From Phoronis australis (Eukaryota > Animalia > Phoronida), in the NCBI GenBank assembly GCA_002633005.1, contig NMRA01000052.1, positions 672,722 to 736,721 of the forward strand: a stretch of 64,000 bases of DNA. The letters are read 5' to 3'. This document shows, in pieces, positions 62,557-64,000 of this stretch. Each line of letters begins with the position of its first letter. The first letter of the stretch is position 1. The position numbers and the translations under genes are program-made. Below the pieces are notes generated by a model. The model did no database searches, was not told the origin of the DNA, and saw only the letters and a list, made by a program, of their open reading frames with translations.

Positions 62557-64000
62557 CTGAAATGTGAAATGAAAACTAAATGGTTAAAACAGGGCATTAA
62601 TTAAAAAATGCAAATTCTTAAATTAATTGAAATCTCAGCATAACATCTAAGAGCAGTCTTCACACAAAATTTTTATTATTACTTTTTCACTAGTGTTTAA
62701 ATTATAACTAGGTGTTCTGCAGCGCAATATCTGCATACTCAAAAAAGAGAACAATTTTGAAATTTAGCTTATTTTTAATGCTTCAGTTACGAGACAAACG
62801 CTTTATGTTCCAAGTCGGTTGTCTGGGAATGACGTCACAAGGCACGAGTCGAAAGAGCTTATTCATAGAATTATTCTCAATACCTAGCTAGATAACTGTT
62901 GCTCTAGTCGAGAGAGGTTTGTCTTGGGCATATTCAGATGAAAATGGAATTTAAATGGAATATTGTGTAGCTTAAGACAGCTTTAAACCTGTGTTCCATC
63001 CTAGGTTGTTATATTGGCCTCAACTTGTTTCTTATTCAAACGAGAAGTGATTTCTGGATTTGCAGTGGATTGACAGTTCAATAATCCTGGAGACCATGCT
63101 CGGGAGAAAAATGAGATGCTGTTACAAGCCAACTTGTAGATCCTGGTGAGCGTTCAGTAATGCTAGGACCTACGCTAGGACCTAGCTAAAGTCACATGTT
63201 CTCACTTAAAATACACAGCAATATCTCACGTAATCTTGCGAAGTCTTGCTTTTTAGCGAGGCCCTAGCATTACTGAACAGGAGGCGGGTCTCAAGCAAAG
63301 CAAATTGTCAATTTTTTCCAAGTCCCGAAATCACCTCCATTTTGACCAAGGAATAATTTGAGACCAATTCCACAATGGTAAGCTGTCTTAACCAAAAGTT
63401 TTTTATGCGATGGAAGGTGAGTATACAGCCATCTTAAGCAATATACCAGGTACCATGGTTTGTCAAGAAACCACATTGTCATCATTCGTTCATCTTGTGG
63501 CGCAGTAATAGCACATTGAAGAAAGATTCACTTACCCAAAACACAAGAGAACAGCAGATAACTGACATTTATTATAAGGTTATCTGAAAGTGGTTCCTAC
63601 AAAAATTTGACCTAGAAGTCCAAGGACTTTTCAAAGACTTTTGAGGATGGTTCAAGGCTAATTCAATGAAAACTGAAGGCTATTTTAGTGCAAGCCTGTG
63701 TGTTAAAGGACTCCTGACAATTGTTTGTGCCTCCCACCAGCCATGTGGGAATTCAAAGCCTAAATTTTCCCGTCAGCAAGATCTTCTACCTCTGTTGCAC
63801 AAGACAAATTGTTTTATTCCTGCTGTATTTGCATTTCCCAATACAAGTCTCGTATTTACGATCTTTCAACCATACCTTATTGAAATCGCATTTCTCCATT
63901 TTGAAACAGCATCGGTCAAGAAAATCATTGTTACTTCAATTGCATGCACTGATCCTTATCCGCAGTAATAACACTAGCACCCCTGTTGGACATGTGCTAA

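Overview
AT-rich, intron-rich eukaryotic (invertebrate animal) genomic DNA. The ORF track is mostly exon fragments or noise, so genes were rebuilt by reading GT-AG junctions and checking phase. Six protein-coding genes lie in strictly alternating orientation: (1) the 3' part of a gustatory-receptor-like (GRL/7TMIC, GrlHz-like) gene on +; (2) a complete 12-exon paralogous GRL gene on -, tail-to-tail with the first; (3) MMGT1/EMC5 on +, head-to-head with gene 2; (4) SLC25A30/SLC25A14 (KMCP1/UCP5-like) on -, whose last intron is a minor-spliceosome U12 intron; (5) a divergent TCTP/TPT1 on +, head-to-head with gene 4, with a 687-bp near-perfect foldback element in intron 1 and a scrambled partial duplicate downstream; (6) KDM6A/UTX on -, with its 5' end outside the window. 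Introns carry many MITE-like palindromic elements, a tRNA-derived SINE and small tandem repeats. No tRNA, rRNA or CRISPR features were found. The most interesting items are the GRL paralogue pair (one with an N-terminal acidic dileucine signal and an M-box/CLEAR-like promoter motif, suggesting an endolysosomal channel), the foldback element family bracketing the SLC25A30/TCTP promoter, the U12 intron, and the SLC25A30-TPT1 adjacency shared with human.
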